Positions 50,611 through 64,000 of a stretch of 64,000 nt of DNA are shown piece by piece. Source of the DNA: Eledone cirrhosa (Eukaryota); the NCBI GenBank assembly GCA_964016885.1, contig OZ024740.1, positions 370,078,001 to 370,142,000 of the forward strand. The letters are read 5' to 3'. The stretch's first letter is position 1. Each line of letters opens with the position of its first letter. Both the position numbers and the translations under genes were made by a program. The notes beneath the pieces were generated by a model. The model was not told the origin of the DNA. It saw only the letters and a list, made by a program, of their open reading frames with translations, and did not search any database.

Positions 50611-51117
50611 TGATGTATTGAACACAAAAATCAATGTTGCTATTTTTTTAGGGCTCCGAACATGGCCGTCTTATGGCTTCAAAATGGCGACCATTTGAAA
50701 TCTAAATTTACCAATATATCCACTTTCAAGCCATGTAGCCTTTTACTTTCAGTGGCTAAACTTACATTTAAAGGGGCCAGAAGTCTAGAGAAATTGATTA
50801 CAATCACTTACGTTTAACATCAAGAAAGATATTTTAAATAAAAATACCAATTTTAATGACAAAAGTGCAAACACCACATGCAAATATGATATTTCTTCTC
50901 TAGATCCACTCATAATCGAAGCACGAGTCAAACATAATAAAAATAAATTTGTCTTCACGTACACTTTATTTTAATACATAAAACAATTAATTGGTGGACA
51001 CTTTGCTTTTGTCCATTTCCCGATAAGATCAGTCATGACTTTTAACAGGCAGGAATACAAATTTGTGCACACTTTGTTATTGCCACTTTTAGAACGGAAT
51101 CAGTCATAACCATGATA

Positions 51118-54100
51118 TCAGTCATTACTCTCACTATCAGTATTACCTGAGTCAAGGTTTTCATAAACTCTTTCCGCGTCATTTTCACACTGTGTGGTGC
51201 ACAGGCAAAGGTCGGTGCACTGCAGATTCTTTGACCTGCAGGAACATCTTTGTGAGGAACAATCTCCCTTGCACTGGCATCTCACCATCTCAATGATGGA
51301 TTTAGGTGCTTGCTGGAGGATCATCAGTAGTGGTTGGCTTTAGTTGGCCATCATCTCCCTTGTAGTAGCCTGTCTGCGTTGGATCCAGCGGAACTTGCTG
51401 GAGAGTGCTTGCCTGGCTCCAAACTAGTGCTTGCACATGTACCCTTAAGATGTGCTTCTTGAGGGCACCAACTGTAGGTAGTAACTGGTCACTCTCTGAC
51501 ATATATTTACAGAACAGGTACCATCGCAACGCTGGAATGCTTTTGATTTGGATTCCCTTTGGACTGTAGGCAGGACACACTAAACTTTCCAAGCTGGTCA
51601 GAAGTTATTCAATCACTTCAGTATCATCAGACAGCTTTTTCAGAGCGTCAATTGTGTTATCGTCAGCTTCAAGGAAGATCTTAAACCATGTGGCCTTTCC
51701 TACTCGAGAAACCTTCCCGTATTATCGGCGCCAGAGAAGGCATGGAATGCAGGTAAATCCTTCGCCATTACTGGACCTAGAACGTCCCAGAATGGCTGGA
51801 TCTTTAGAACACTTGATGCCAGAACCAGGACATCTGTGTCAGGTGAGAACAAAGTTAGTTGCATATCTCTTGGGTTTCGCCTTGTTGAAGATACTGCAAG
51901 GCATATCATCAGTGTGTCAGCTTCCTTGTGGTTGTTTTCACTGAAAGGTTCCAAATCCTTGTTGCTCCTGGTTTGGCAGAAGCTGAAGTGATGACAAGCT
52001 TGGAGGAATATTTGCTGTAGTACAGAGTCTTTCTACCAAGCACTTGGTCAAATCAGCCTTCGTCTTTTCATGTGACAGGAATCTGCTCATGGTTATGTGC
52101 TTGATGCTCGTCTCATCTCTGACTTGATACTGGACTGGATCCTTCCCCTGGCGTCTCTTCTGGCTGGTTGCATTCTTCAAGGAATCGGTCTTATATGTGT
52201 CTAACACGAGAATTATTTCGTCGAAGTTCTGCGTGAGGTTCATCAGTCTTTCATAGAAACTTTGGCTTAGATCTCTCACTGTAACCATGGTGCTGGTTTC
52301 TTAGTCAGCTTCTGAATAAGCACCATTCCATCTACCACCGCACCCCTCCTGTTGTGATTGAGATTGTCCTTTTCAGTGGCTTCATCTTGCAGTGAATCGC
52401 CTTGTGCTGTTTTCTCTGATGCTATCTGCTCAAGGAGATGAATGAGTTTGAACTTGTCAGTGCATGGCAACACTGACCCATTTGGGGCAAAGAGTGCTCT
52501 TGGCGTCAAGGTGAACTCGTAATTGCTAATTGCTTCTTTCTGGTTCACGTCTCGGTCGGACCTGGCAAGAACCATAAGTCTGCCATACAAATCTTTGGTT
52601 TCGTTCATGTCAATGGTTTTGTCACGAACCTTTACAGCATGTCTTTGTTGCCAGATGTGAACATCAAGTCTCTTCACCGGTGCCCAAATGCTGACATCCC
52701 CATTGATCCGTTCAGCAACGTATTCCTCGTACAGCTTTTGTCCAGTGTCATCCATCTCCAAGATCTGTGTTACATACTCATCTGGGATATATGCATGAGA
52801 TATCATGTTGTAGAGTATTTCCCCAGCAGCAAATGGATTGCCGTGAGTCAATATAGCACTCTTGATTTTGCTTACTGCTCCATGAGCTCGTTTGATTGTA
52901 GCTGGAGATAGGTCATGATGCTCAAGGGCATGTCTTTCACCAACACCGAATTGGTCCTTAAACTCGTTTGCAAGGCAGGATATTTCAGGAGCTGCCATGA
53001 AGAAGCGTTGCCTTACATTTGGATTATTGGAAATTCCAGTGAGACCAGCTTGAACTTTCATGAATTTGTTTAGATGTTCACAGGCATGGTCACCTCCAAT
53101 GGATACGAACGGGATGGCATTCTTGGTGATGGATATATTGCCCTTTTCAAGTTCCCTCGATATGTCGGGGTGGTTGGTCCTCAATGCGTGCATATCTGCT
53201 ATGTAGAGTGGCCAGAGTCTCTTATACTTTAACCTGTCCATTGAGAAGGACAGCTTGCTCTGTGCTTCTCCAGCTTCAAGATGAAGATTCAGATCAGCAT
53301 TCTGTGATGCCACTACAAAGTACAGAACAGTCTCTACCTGATGCATATAGTTCATCAATGAACATGGCATTCTTAGACTTTTCTGCTTCCCAGTCTTGCA
53401 GTTTCTTGATCACATCATACTCTGCTAAGACTTGCTGCAGATGAGCCTTTGCATGCTTCAAAGACTCAGCCTTTGTGCCTTTGTTCTGAACCGCCTCTTC
53501 TACTTGAATCGTTGCTTCTAGACACAGATCTTTCAGATGAGGATTGTCCTCTAGGAACTGCTCCAATGCCAGTTCATAAAGTGCCATGTGGGAGTAAATG
53601 TGTGCACATAGCGAACGCTTGTAGTGTGTGCACTTGAGAATTTGTCTGGTTGTGGCAGAACTATACAGATCGGCTTCCATCCAGGCGTCGTCTATTCCCG
53701 AATTTTCAATTGATGAGCTGAGAGCTCTCAACGCAGCCATGACAACATGAAACTCACCAAGTCTTGGCAGCACTTTGCCTTTCAAATCCGACCTAGCATC
53801 AACTAACTGTACTGCTATCTCGTAGAGTGCCATGTCGAAGGAAATGACAGTGATGTACTTGTCAGCAACTGCCAGCTTTTTTAATGTATTTGCTTGCATC
53901 ATAACGGTTAGCAATGTTGGCCATTCAAGCGCGACCTCTGGGAGCAAAGGTAGAGCTCCAACTTCAGTTAAGGGTAGGCTTTTCGATAAAAGTGAGCTAT
54001 ACCCTGCCCAGCCTGGAATTCGACTCGAGTCTCCATCGTTCATTCGGGAAACAGCGTTGGCAACGACCAATCCAGATGTGTGAGCTGGTAGGTACTATCC

Positions 54101-55869
54101 ACACCTTCTTTCTCAAACTGAATCATTCTCTTCTCGGATGGTGTTTTCTCACAAGGAACTATAGATGTATGATATGGAGTCACATAGAGACTTTGTTCAT
54201 CAGTGATATTTAGGGGTGATGCAATTGGTTCTCCAGGGGCATCAGCTTTCTGGTATACGGCAGTGATAGTGCCATGACTGGTACCTTTACCATCTGGAGT
54301 GTCCTCAGTGAAATCCGCATTGTCTAATGCGAAGAAGACAAAAGTGCCTTTCTTTAGGAATGGTGGCACATACAGCCCTTGGAACTGTTTGGTATTCTCC
54401 ACTACAGCATTGGCAACAGCTGTTTCCATCATTAGCGTACGGCTGTATAAAACACGGTAATCTTGGGCCTTGAGGAGATTAACGAGCATCTTATTTCTTG
54501 TCTTTTGATGGATGCTCAGCGCCAATCCCACAGCTTGAGGATTTTCTCTAACATGCTGCGACTGAAAGCCAGCATGCTCAGTTCTGGGCTCAGTTTTGGC
54601 CAATCCCACAACTTGAATTCAAACATCAGATTTTGACTCATTGAAAGGGCAGCTCTGTTCACAGCATGTGTTCGAACTTCAGTCTCCAGTTCATTTGCAG
54701 GCCCTGCCATGATCCAGCGAATAAGTGTATAGAGTTCCACTGGCACATCTTCTATTTTGCTGGAAACTGGGATTAAACTTTGATGGCGGTTGTCTTTTGG
54801 TAAAATTTTCAATGCTCTGGCGAACAAGCTGTGTTGACCTATACAGATTCTTCATGTTGTCCGTGTTATCAGAAATGATCTCAAAATGCACCATTTTAAC
54901 CTCACAGGCTTCAGGGTAATTCAACACAGCTGACTTTCGCCTATTGCTTTGCAGAACAGACCTTACACCTGGTAATTCTGTTAATATTTTGTCTTTCAGC
55001 CATTGTCTGGTATAGACAGGTCTGTGATTTGGCAAAGCCTCTGCTCCACCTAGCATGTTCAAATAGGTATTCTCGATGTCTGCCATGGAAAGGTATGCTC
55101 CATCTGTAGTTTGCACGTCGATAATGTTCACTAATTCAATGAAACTAGCTGTTTGCTGTTGACACCCACTCTCTTTGTTTGCTTTGTTTGCGATAGCTTT
55201 ATCTCTCAGAACATGGAACGCATTTCTTGTCCAACACTGTTTATGATGTTTGATATCAACAGCGTGGGCATCCCCTTCGGAGATGCAAGATGCCATTCTT
55301 GTTTTTAGTTCTGGATTAGGAGAGATTTCCACAGCTTTTTTTAGAGCTTGGCCCGCATTGGCAGTTCTTACTGCAAACAACTGTTGGTCACCAAACGTTT
55401 GACAAAAAAAGCACAAATTATTTTTTGGTGGGTTTGTTGCTGACCGTGTAAACGGCCCTAAGATTGTGGCAGAGGTTGATGGCTCACTCCTGTCAAAGCT
55501 TGAAGGGCGTTCTCGTTTTCTGTGGATATGTGATCCAGTAGACAAAGACCGTTGGTGACGGTCTCTTGCACGTTGCATTTTAACTTTACTGGTGGCCTTG
55601 GAGTAGCACGTGCAATGCCAAAAAGCCTTATTTCTCTGCAAAGTTTCTGTTGTGCAGTCTTCTAGCCTCTTTTGAATTTTGACAAATTCGCCATCATGAA
55701 GTAATGCTCGCTCCTTCACTGCAGCTAACAAACTATGGTATGAATATAATTTTGGTTGTAACACAAACTGGCCTGCATCTTGTAGGCACAAAATACACCC
55801 TTTCCAGTCAATTGTCTCTTGTTGCTGTCTACCACGTCGTGGTAACGTTGCTGTGACCACGTTGTTCAT
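51118..55869 (-). pseudogene. Academ transposase-XPG nuclease-Cys8 fusion pseudogene
   Basis: Consecutive frameshifted ORFs: FALDNADF..GTSHGT, SFDMALY, LGEFHVVM, DHACEH, VVDGM, HKEADT, DTDV, FHAFSGAD (XPG/FEN-like) and C-terminal CQCKGDCSSQRCSCR..CTDLCLC. Confidence 0.88.
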
Positions 55870-56403
55870 TGGTCTGAAATATTATAAACACTAATGAAGT
55901 AATTACATGGCATTTGATTATTATTATTATTTTTATAATTATTATTATTGTTATTATGTTAAATTAGCCACTAAAATTAGAATCCCAGTTGGTTAGAATT
56001 TGAGATACTGTTGAAAAAGGTTATCGGTAGTCACAATTTTGAAATTCCAAGATGGCTACCACAGACACCTTGAAAAAAATGGCAACATTGGTTTTTGGAT
56101 TCAGTATGTCCAGAAGTTTTCGAAAATGTATAGTTTTGCTAATCTCCAAGAAATCTGAAAGAAAGTACCAATCGTTTCATTATGAACTTGACTGTATGCA
56201 ATATATCGAATATTAACTAATAATACAGACAGAAACCTGTTTAATTCCATTGATTTCTAGGTTGATAGTGATTAGTGAATGGTTAACTAAAAAAAGGACT
56301 TCTACAAAATGTAATATATGGTAACAACAAACGTTTTAAGAGCAACAATGTATATTTAGCTTATAGAAAAATTTGATATTGTGTATATTAATGTGAAATA
56401 TTT

Positions 56404-56690
56404 TCACTGTGAATCCTTTGTTTCAGGGTCAAACTCCTTCAAGAAACTGTAATAGGGAGATACATACTTTAGTTGTTGTATACTCTTTTCTTTGCCAATA
56501 CTAATGACACCCTTCAGAGATTTTACATTGCAAATTTGTACTTGTGACGAATGTGAAGGAATGTATATGAAAGGATTACATTGGTTATCTACATATCCCT
56601 CGTCGATATATTGATGGTGAACCATCTTTTATTGTCATAGTAGATTTAAAATAATAGAGGTCTCAGTGAAGAAGGCACCATGTGGAAATG
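56404..56690 (-). pseudogene. Possible decayed PLE RT thumb fragment
   Basis: CNPFIYIPSHSS..KSLKGVI resembles the 'TN.F.Y....S.H.....G.I' PLE motif; weak. Confidence 0.35.
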
Positions 56691-59659
56691 TATGTGAGTG
56701 GTTTTGCTTTCATTAGATTGGGGTCAAATTAGTTGGGATAGAATCATCTGGGATAGAATGATCGGCAAATGGATGAAATTTAAAGAAAGCATATGCATAC
56801 GTGTGCGAAAGAGAGAGAAAGAAAGAAAGGATTATGTTTGCAAGAATTTAATTTCTCTGGTAGAAAAAAAGCACCTCCTCAATTGCCTTTGATCTCTCTT
56901 CAAAGGGACATGGATCGAATTTTGTTACGATAATGAATTTTTGTCAAAAGACTTAGTACAATAATACTAGACGTAATAGCTAATTTCCTGATTAATTCTG
57001 CATGATAATCTATATTCTATATTAAGATATATCTGTATCTTATATTTCCATAATTCGATACTGAAGCATCTTAGTCTATCTAGCATAGAGCATAAATAAA
57101 TGTAATCTCAATATCGTAAGATTTGTCTCAATCTAATTATTTGATGTGTGATTAACTAGCGTTCTTAATTTTAAAGGAAATGAACAGTTTGTGAAAGGCA
57201 CTTCAATAGAAAGATATGTTCAGCCTTATGGGAAAAATGTGACATATTCTTGCTTCAGGTCAGCATCAAGAAAGATCATAGACTCACAAACTATTGGATA
57301 TTTTGCTCACACAATTTGATACTGCAATAAAACAGACGGTTCTTCGGATAATATCAACTAAAGGTTATGTAATCCTGAGAAATCACTGACCTGTTCTATC
57401 AAGAATCGATCATTATATGGGGGAATTACAAAAGTGTAGATTAATAATCAACAATTATTAATGTAATTCACGCCTGAGAGAGACATACTGGGACAAAAGA
57501 TAAGGACCTATAACTAAATGTAATATGGCGTTTCGTTTTGTACCACGTTGTAAATTATGATCACACTGTGGAGTAAAATTCCTTTCAGCCATACAAGATA
57601 TTTAATAGCAGTGATATTGTGCTTCTCTCAAATAAAACATTGCATTCGAGTTATTAAAACTAAACCATTACATGTAAGACAATGAGAGTGGTGTATATTA
57701 TTCGTGGAACATTCAAGTTAGTTACGGATGTTTAGTTGTACATTTTCTTATAAAATTATTAAGTTAAAATACTGTCAGTTTGATATATATATATTTTCAA
57801 ATTGAGAGAATGGATAGCTTCATATTCAGTAAAACGCTAATTGAAAGCCTAGTAATCTAGTCAGGGACAAATTAACTTCCATCCATTTAACACAATACAA
57901 TATAAAATTGATAGATGACAAATTGTTAGTTTAAAATGCAAAGGAGAACAACGGTAAAGTAGCTGATAATTTCCAGCATAAGATTCTACAAAACAATGAT
58001 CGTGACCAATGTATTAGAGAAGGATACTGTCCGCCGTCGATATTGTGGCCAATACTGTACAAATATGAGCCACGTCCGTCCAATTTGTATCCTACAACCT
58101 TCACCACATGGTTTACATTGAAGAACGACTGTGTAATATAACTACTTCGGTGGGGCTCACATCCATTTTCATCAATGCGAAATTTTTTATTAGGTTGTCC
58201 ATCGTAGCTTTACTTCGTGCACCCAGCTTCGGTCCGCTTGTCAATCGTTAATGTTTCATGTTGCGCAGATTTTGAATAACATATGTCGCCTTTTCTCTGG
58301 ACTTTGTGTATTGGATCTCGAGTGATTTCTGCTGGATCTAAATATGTTATGAAGAATTGCGCGTAAACTGGGACACTATGCTAGTAGAGTCTGTCAACAT
58401 ATGCAGAAGATGGCACTGTAATAGTATCAGACAACACGGAATTCGTTACGTATTGCTCACACGAGCAAGCTTTAATAAGTTGGTTTGTGTACAACTAAAT
58501 AGCTAGAGTTGCAAGGGCTTGCCACACGTGATTCACTGACAAACGATACTGTAACCGAGCTCCAGATCGAACTCTGATATAATATCTAAATGAATAGGAG
58601 CTAAAGCGTGGTAAACGAACAGGATAGCTAATCTTATATAATGGCAGGAAAACATTTCTGGAAGGCTCGGGTAAAGATTATGAACGTAAACATTGATTTC
58701 ATTAGACAATACATATCCGAGTGCGAGCAAGAGGCTAGAGATTTTGTTGTTTTTCAGTGACTAGTGAGGATGTGCTTGACAAATTATATTAGGATTTGTT
58801 GAGAAATGGCACCGTAATTTCAAAACAAAAAAAAAACTTCACTCTTTCAGTTATATTCTAAATCTCAATTTCATACTAAAATGCATATTGTTTCAATGTA
58901 TTTCCAAGTATATTTAATATGTTAGATGGAGCGGAGGCTACGCATTTATTTTCATCGTTATTTATCTTGCTTAATTAAGATGATTACAATGTTATTTTTA
59001 TCATACACTATTTTCTTGTGGTCTTTCTTTATTTTCGTTTCTTGATAGCACACACTCCAGGCACAAAAATGTAAATGTTTCTTTCTTTCGTTAGGGATTC
59101 GTTTTTGTGTAAAGATATGCATTGCGAAAATCGCTTATTTCTGCATGATTTCGCATTTATTTCCTGTTTCATTTTTACATTTTCTACGAAAGGTTTTTAG
59201 CGTTTGAAAATGCGAAATTACTGTGTGTTTATGTGCAAACAGCTTTATTTTACATTATACTAGTTTTCTAAATTGATATAATTTTCGCTAGTTGCACAGC
59301 GAAGGTGCTTGAAGCAGAGATTGTGGCAACATTTTGTTTTTGGCAGTGATTTTTTTTTTTTGTATTTGTATTTTGTTTTTGTTTTTTTGAGAATATTAAT
59401 ATGATGCGGTTTGAATACAGTTTTGTATATTTATTGGCTATATTTTAACGTTTGAAGTTAACTTTTATTGTAGTAGATTATTTTTTTGTGAGTAGATTAT
59501 TTGTGGTATTCCTCGGTAAAAGACTGGCTTTATCTGTATAGTTCGGTCAGATTCCTCTAATTTCTTAAATTGCATTTATTGCATTGCTAAACAACAATAT
59601 ATATATATATGCACGAATACATACGTAGATACACACAGACACATGTAAATGTATGTATG

Positions 59660-59725
<66 letters not shown>

Positions 59726-59728
<3 letters not shown>

Positions 59729-59864
59729 TCAGGATTCCTGATGATTTCTAAAGAATGAAACAGTTCTAGTCCTGTAGAATCTCATCTATATTAAAACTTT
59801 TATACTCTGCAATGTATTGAGTACCTCACTTACTGTGGTTACCTCCGATTCAACCCGGAATAAC

Positions 59865-59865
<1 letters not shown>
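59726..59865 (+). mobile_element. Short pLTR-like element between two (TA)n tracts (family of 9216-9410)
   Basis: CCTGATGATTTCTAAAGAATGAAACAGTTCTAGTCC...TACTCTGCAATGTATTGAGTACC. Confidence 0.78.
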
Positions 59866-59910
<45 letters not shown>

Positions 59911-60654
59911 AAAGAGTGAAGAATAACATGGTCAACAGTACAAAAAAGGGTTTTATTTACAGTATTAACAATTGTTTCACTGATTAAGTTGTCTAAAAAT
60001 TGCTGAACACTTAAAGCTGTGCCACTCAATTTTAAATACGATGTTAGCTTACCATATCATAAGAGAGGACTGTTAAAAACATACTCAACATTTACGAATT
60101 CAAATTACATCATTAATAAAGAAGAGAGAGAAAAAAAGAGAAAAAAGAAAAAAGAAAAAGATAGAGAGAAAAAAGAAAGAAGTGAAAAGGATGAAGAAAA
60201 AAGATAAAAGATAAAGAAAAATAGAGAACAAAAAAAATAATAAAGATGAAAATAATAAATAAATAAATGTTAATAAATAGGTTATAACGAAGATGGTCAA
60301 AAATAATACAAAATATGATATAAATAAATTTAAAAAATTAATATGTGTGCGAAGAAAAGTAAACATAGTATGATTATTGAGAGTAGTTGTCGTGTTGGTG
60401 GTTAAAATATAGAGATATGATGGTATAAACATGAAAATGTTAAACATATTCATATATGTATTAGTTACATTAATAAATTAATAAAATAATTAATTAATTA
60501 ATTAATTAATCGTAAGTTATATTAGAAGTGAAAATAATACGATAAGATATAATGTAAGAGATGAAATAAATTTAGGGAAAGAAAAAGAAAGATAGAAAAT
60601 GAAAGAGAGAAAATATAAGAGTTTATGATATTGGTTCATTGACAGTTAATGCAA

Positions 60655-60839
60655 TAATAATAATAATTGTTTCTACTTTTGGCACAAGGCCAGCAAATAC
60701 TCAGTGAATTACTGGTACTTTATTTTATCGACCCCATAAGGATGAAAGGCAAAGTTAATCTCGGCGGGATTTGAACTCAGAATGGCAAGGGCCGTAACTT
60801 TTTGTGTCAAAGCATGGCGTCCGACCCTCTACCGATACT
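60655..60839 (-). mobile_element. Meta-domain SINE
   Basis: Near-consensus reverse complement. Confidence 0.9.
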
Positions 60840-60879
60840 AATAATCATGTTCTAATGCATTGTACGGTTTTCAAAATTA

Positions 60880-60936
<57 letters not shown>

Positions 60937-61858
60937 AAAAACACAGATATATACACATCTGTATTCAGATTATATATATATGTGTGTGTGTATGTATGTA
61001 TATATATATGTATGTGTATGTATGTATATATATATGTGTATATATATATATGTGTGTATATATATTTGTATGTATGTATATATATATAAATGTATATATA
61101 TATATATATATGTGTGTGTGTATGCATGTGTGTGTATTAGGTATTAAATTAACTATGAAAATAAAAACAACAAAGTCAAGTTATTTTACCTATTCATATC
61201 ATTGTTTTACGATCGTTTCGGAGGTTGATCATATTGACATATTGTCTGATCTATAGCAGTTATATAACTGTATACTCTCAGACCGTCTTCTTCCGAAACA
61301 ATCTATTATAAGCATATATGAAAGAATATAGAGTATGTCTCGATATGATGAATTAAACTGTGAAAACGCAACACACAACTGTTTCAACATGTTTATCCAT
61401 ACTCAGAAACATATTCTCACCCGGTAATAAAGCTATTGCTTTTGTATATTTGCGCATGTAACATGGAAATGCCCATAGTCTTATACAGTGGGCATTATAT
61501 AGCAGCAGCACGATCATAGCGTGATTCATAAATTTGGCGTATAGGAAATCATGTACAATTTGTTTACTTATAATCAACATACATTAGACTTACCATGGTA
61601 CAAGCTATGATGATTTAACCTATAGTTTAGTAGGCATGTGTATATACTTTACTTTAGTGCTTCAGGGATTTTATTCAATCTAAGAAACATTATGGAAATA
61701 TTTTTAAATCTGAGAAAAATACGTGAATTTTGCATGTTTATGTATTTAAATTATTAATCACGTGTACAATCATGTTACTGAGGTAAAATAAGCTAGTTGT
61801 CCATATGTAAATATGTATGTATCTGTATGCCTGTATATATATATTTATATATATATAT

Positions 61859-61995
61859 GGAAATTGTTCAAGACCCTGACAGCAGAGCTCAAACCGTTGG
61901 GGTCTTGAACAATTTCCTATTACCCACTCTACTACCCTAAGTATTGAGTACTCTGGTGCATTATGGTCCACCTGGTTCCTTGCCACATTTCCTTC

Positions 61996-61998
<3 letters not shown>
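61859..61998 (+). mobile_element. Short fold-back element (family of 6855-7040) in (TA)n
   Basis: GGAAATTGTTCAAGACCC / GGGTCTTGAACAATTTCC arms, then the shared 3' segment. Confidence 0.75.
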
Positions 61999-62069
<71 letters not shown>

Positions 62070-62072
<3 letters not shown>

Positions 62073-62261
62073 GCGGTGGATTGGCAGTATCGGTAGAGGG
62101 TCGGACGCAATGCTTTCCAGCACAGTTACGTCCCTTTATGGACTGAGTTCAAATCCCGCCGGGGTTAACTTGGCCTTTCATCCTTACGGAGTCGATAAAA
62201 TAAAGTACCAGTGATACACTGGGATAATTGCTGGCCTTGTGCCAAAAAGTAGAAACAATTA
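62070..62261 (+). mobile_element. Full-length Meta-domain SINE in (TA)n
   Basis: A and B boxes, core and tail. Confidence 0.92.
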
Positions 62262-62274
62262 TATATATATATAT

Positions 62275-62312
<38 letters not shown>

Positions 62313-62352
62313 GATATTAAACAAATGGAAACTACATTTATAAAACCATATT

Positions 62353-62418
62353 TATTTCATTATATATATTTCAGGGATATCATATTAAAAATATGGTATG
62401 CCCTCTTCAGACAAAATA
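62353..62418 (-). ncRNA. Type I hammerhead in Naiad 3' pLTR
   Basis: TATTTTGT-CTGAAGA-GGG(C)ATACCATA..TATGATATCCCT-GAAA-TATATA-TA-ATGAAATA; core intact. Confidence 0.78.
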
Positions 62419-63784
62419 CAATATATAAACAGTTTTATAAATAAATTTGACATACCTTAAAAAATTTTACAACCTCCGTTTAAAAAGTTGTTATGGTAGT
62501 GAAAATGTTAAGGACAGTTAGAAAGACAGACGGAGACAAAAGACAAAAGAAAAAAGAAAAAGAAGGAAAAAAGAAAAAGAAAGAGCGGAAGGTGAAGAAG
62601 ATGAAGAAATGTATGTAAAGAGAAAAACACCAAATGAGAGATTTATGAGGGAAGGGGGTATTGTAATTATTTATTTATTTATTTATTTATTTAGTGTTAA
62701 GGATACGGGGAGAAATAAAAACAAAAATAAATAAGGAGAGGTAGATCGAGTAATATCTATTATACGAGGTGGGAGAGATAGGGGAGGGGTGAGATACAGG
62801 AGATAGAGTTAAAACAGCCGATATATAAGTCTCGTCCAGTGTAGAGGGAGGAGGAGAGGAGATATACTTAGAAATAAAAATGATAGTTTTAAAATATTAT
62901 GTTTCATCAGTCTATCAATTCCTATGAATTTTAGTGTAAATATCAATATTCATGAATGAGACACATATCAATAATGTGTGAAAAAATAATGACTATATGT
63001 TTAGTTTAAAAATTCTTAGGTTTACAGTCAAAATCTGAGATAAAACTTCAAAAAAATACTGAAATACATAAGTATGTATGTATTTTCATGAAAAAAGAGA
63101 AAAAGAAAAAAGAGAAAGAAAAAGAGAAGGTTATCTCAAATTGACATTATAGACACATGTGAGTTTACGTGATCAGCTCTGTAAATTTGTATTTCACATG
63201 AAAATCTTCATTGTGTTAAAATAGATTTTACCATACATATATGTACATACATATATATATATACATAAAATATACATTATTAATAATAATAATAATATTC
63301 TTGCCCTCTCTTACATGATTATCGTTCAAGCATAGAATGGAACAGATATCAATATATTAAAATATTAAAAACGCCAAGAATATTTCACTCCCCAGAATAT
63401 CTAGGGCCGTAATAAAACAGTGTGCCCCGCATATCAATCAATCCTTCCAATTTATTTCACAATATATTGCCAAGTTCATTAGAAGCAATCAGAATCAAAA
63501 GCAAACAAAACCAAAATTATTCACCAAACTTATTTAGCAGAAATCATTCAAAAAAACTTTAGGATACCCGGTTGTTCTACAGATGCTCTTATATTTATTA
63601 TAGAAGTTTATCTAGCTTAAACATTTTATTCAATAGATTGGGAGCATCACCATATTAAGGTAGTTTAATTACATTATTAATTATATACTCATGAAGAAGG
63701 TTTAAAGAATTGAAGGAATCGAAAGATTTATCGCCAAGTTTTCTAAAATAATAAAAAAATAATTAAAAGTCTTAAGTAAATATA

Positions 63785-64000
63785 CTACATTTTAAATTTA
63801 TATTTATATTTAAAAGTTGAGTTCAATCTATGTCTGCAGCAACTGAATAAATTGGTCCGTAAATTAAGGGAATTTTTAGATTTTAGTATAAAGAATATCT
63901 CCTCCGCGCAGAGGTCGCATGTCTCAGAGGAGGAGTTAAAAGGAATCCCTCTGGAGACTATATTCCAAACCATCGAATATCCAACGTTATCATGTTTAAG
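63785..64000 (-). mobile_element. C-terminus of Naiad-type PLE ORF (continues beyond the window; 3' region probably runs to 62311)
   Basis: LKHDNVGYSMVWNI..CDLCAEE..LNLRTNLFSCCRH aligns with the C-termini of the 117 and 4350 ORFs. Confidence 0.88.

Larger units (their letters stand above)
50354..56194 (-). mobile_element. Academ (XPG-type) DNA transposon, full length, decayed
   Basis: Diverged long TIRs TAGTCCAGTTC.../...GAACTTGACTG, 3-bp TSD TAT (50351-53, 56195-97), and one large frameshifted transposase gene inside. Confidence 0.85.

Noticed and set aside
60019-60453. Lys/Glu-rich and Phe/Leu-rich ORFs
   Set aside because: Low-complexity purine tract typical of PLE 3' regions, not a gene.

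Overview
AT-rich eukaryotic intergenic or intronic DNA with no recognisable host exon; the repeat vocabulary (tRNA-head Meta-domain SINE, dense (TA)n tracts) suggests an octopod cephalopod (inference). Most ORFs in the track are microsatellite artefacts. The real content is mobile DNA: several Penelope-like element (PLE) fragments (Naiad-type RT+GIY-YIG and a Neptune-type GIY-YIG), a full-length decayed Academ DNA transposon (TIRs plus TAT TSD), a deleted mariner, RTE, CR1, CRE and R4 LINE relics, MITEs and about 16 SINE copies. The main observation is a 310-bp tandem array at 22235-25489 in which every unit carries an intact type-I hammerhead ribozyme (11 copies) within a hairpin-rich monomer, i.e. 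a non-LTR retrozyme-like, putatively circular-RNA element. It is inserted in a (TA)n tract as two head-to-head multimers. A second monomer of different sequence with the same ribozyme architecture lies at ~34440-34700. Many other short hammerhead-bearing or fold-back inserts sit in (TA)n tracts, pointing to a PLE-driven, two-primer insertion system shared by several non-autonomous ribozyme RNAs. All structures were read by eye; nothing was computed or searched.
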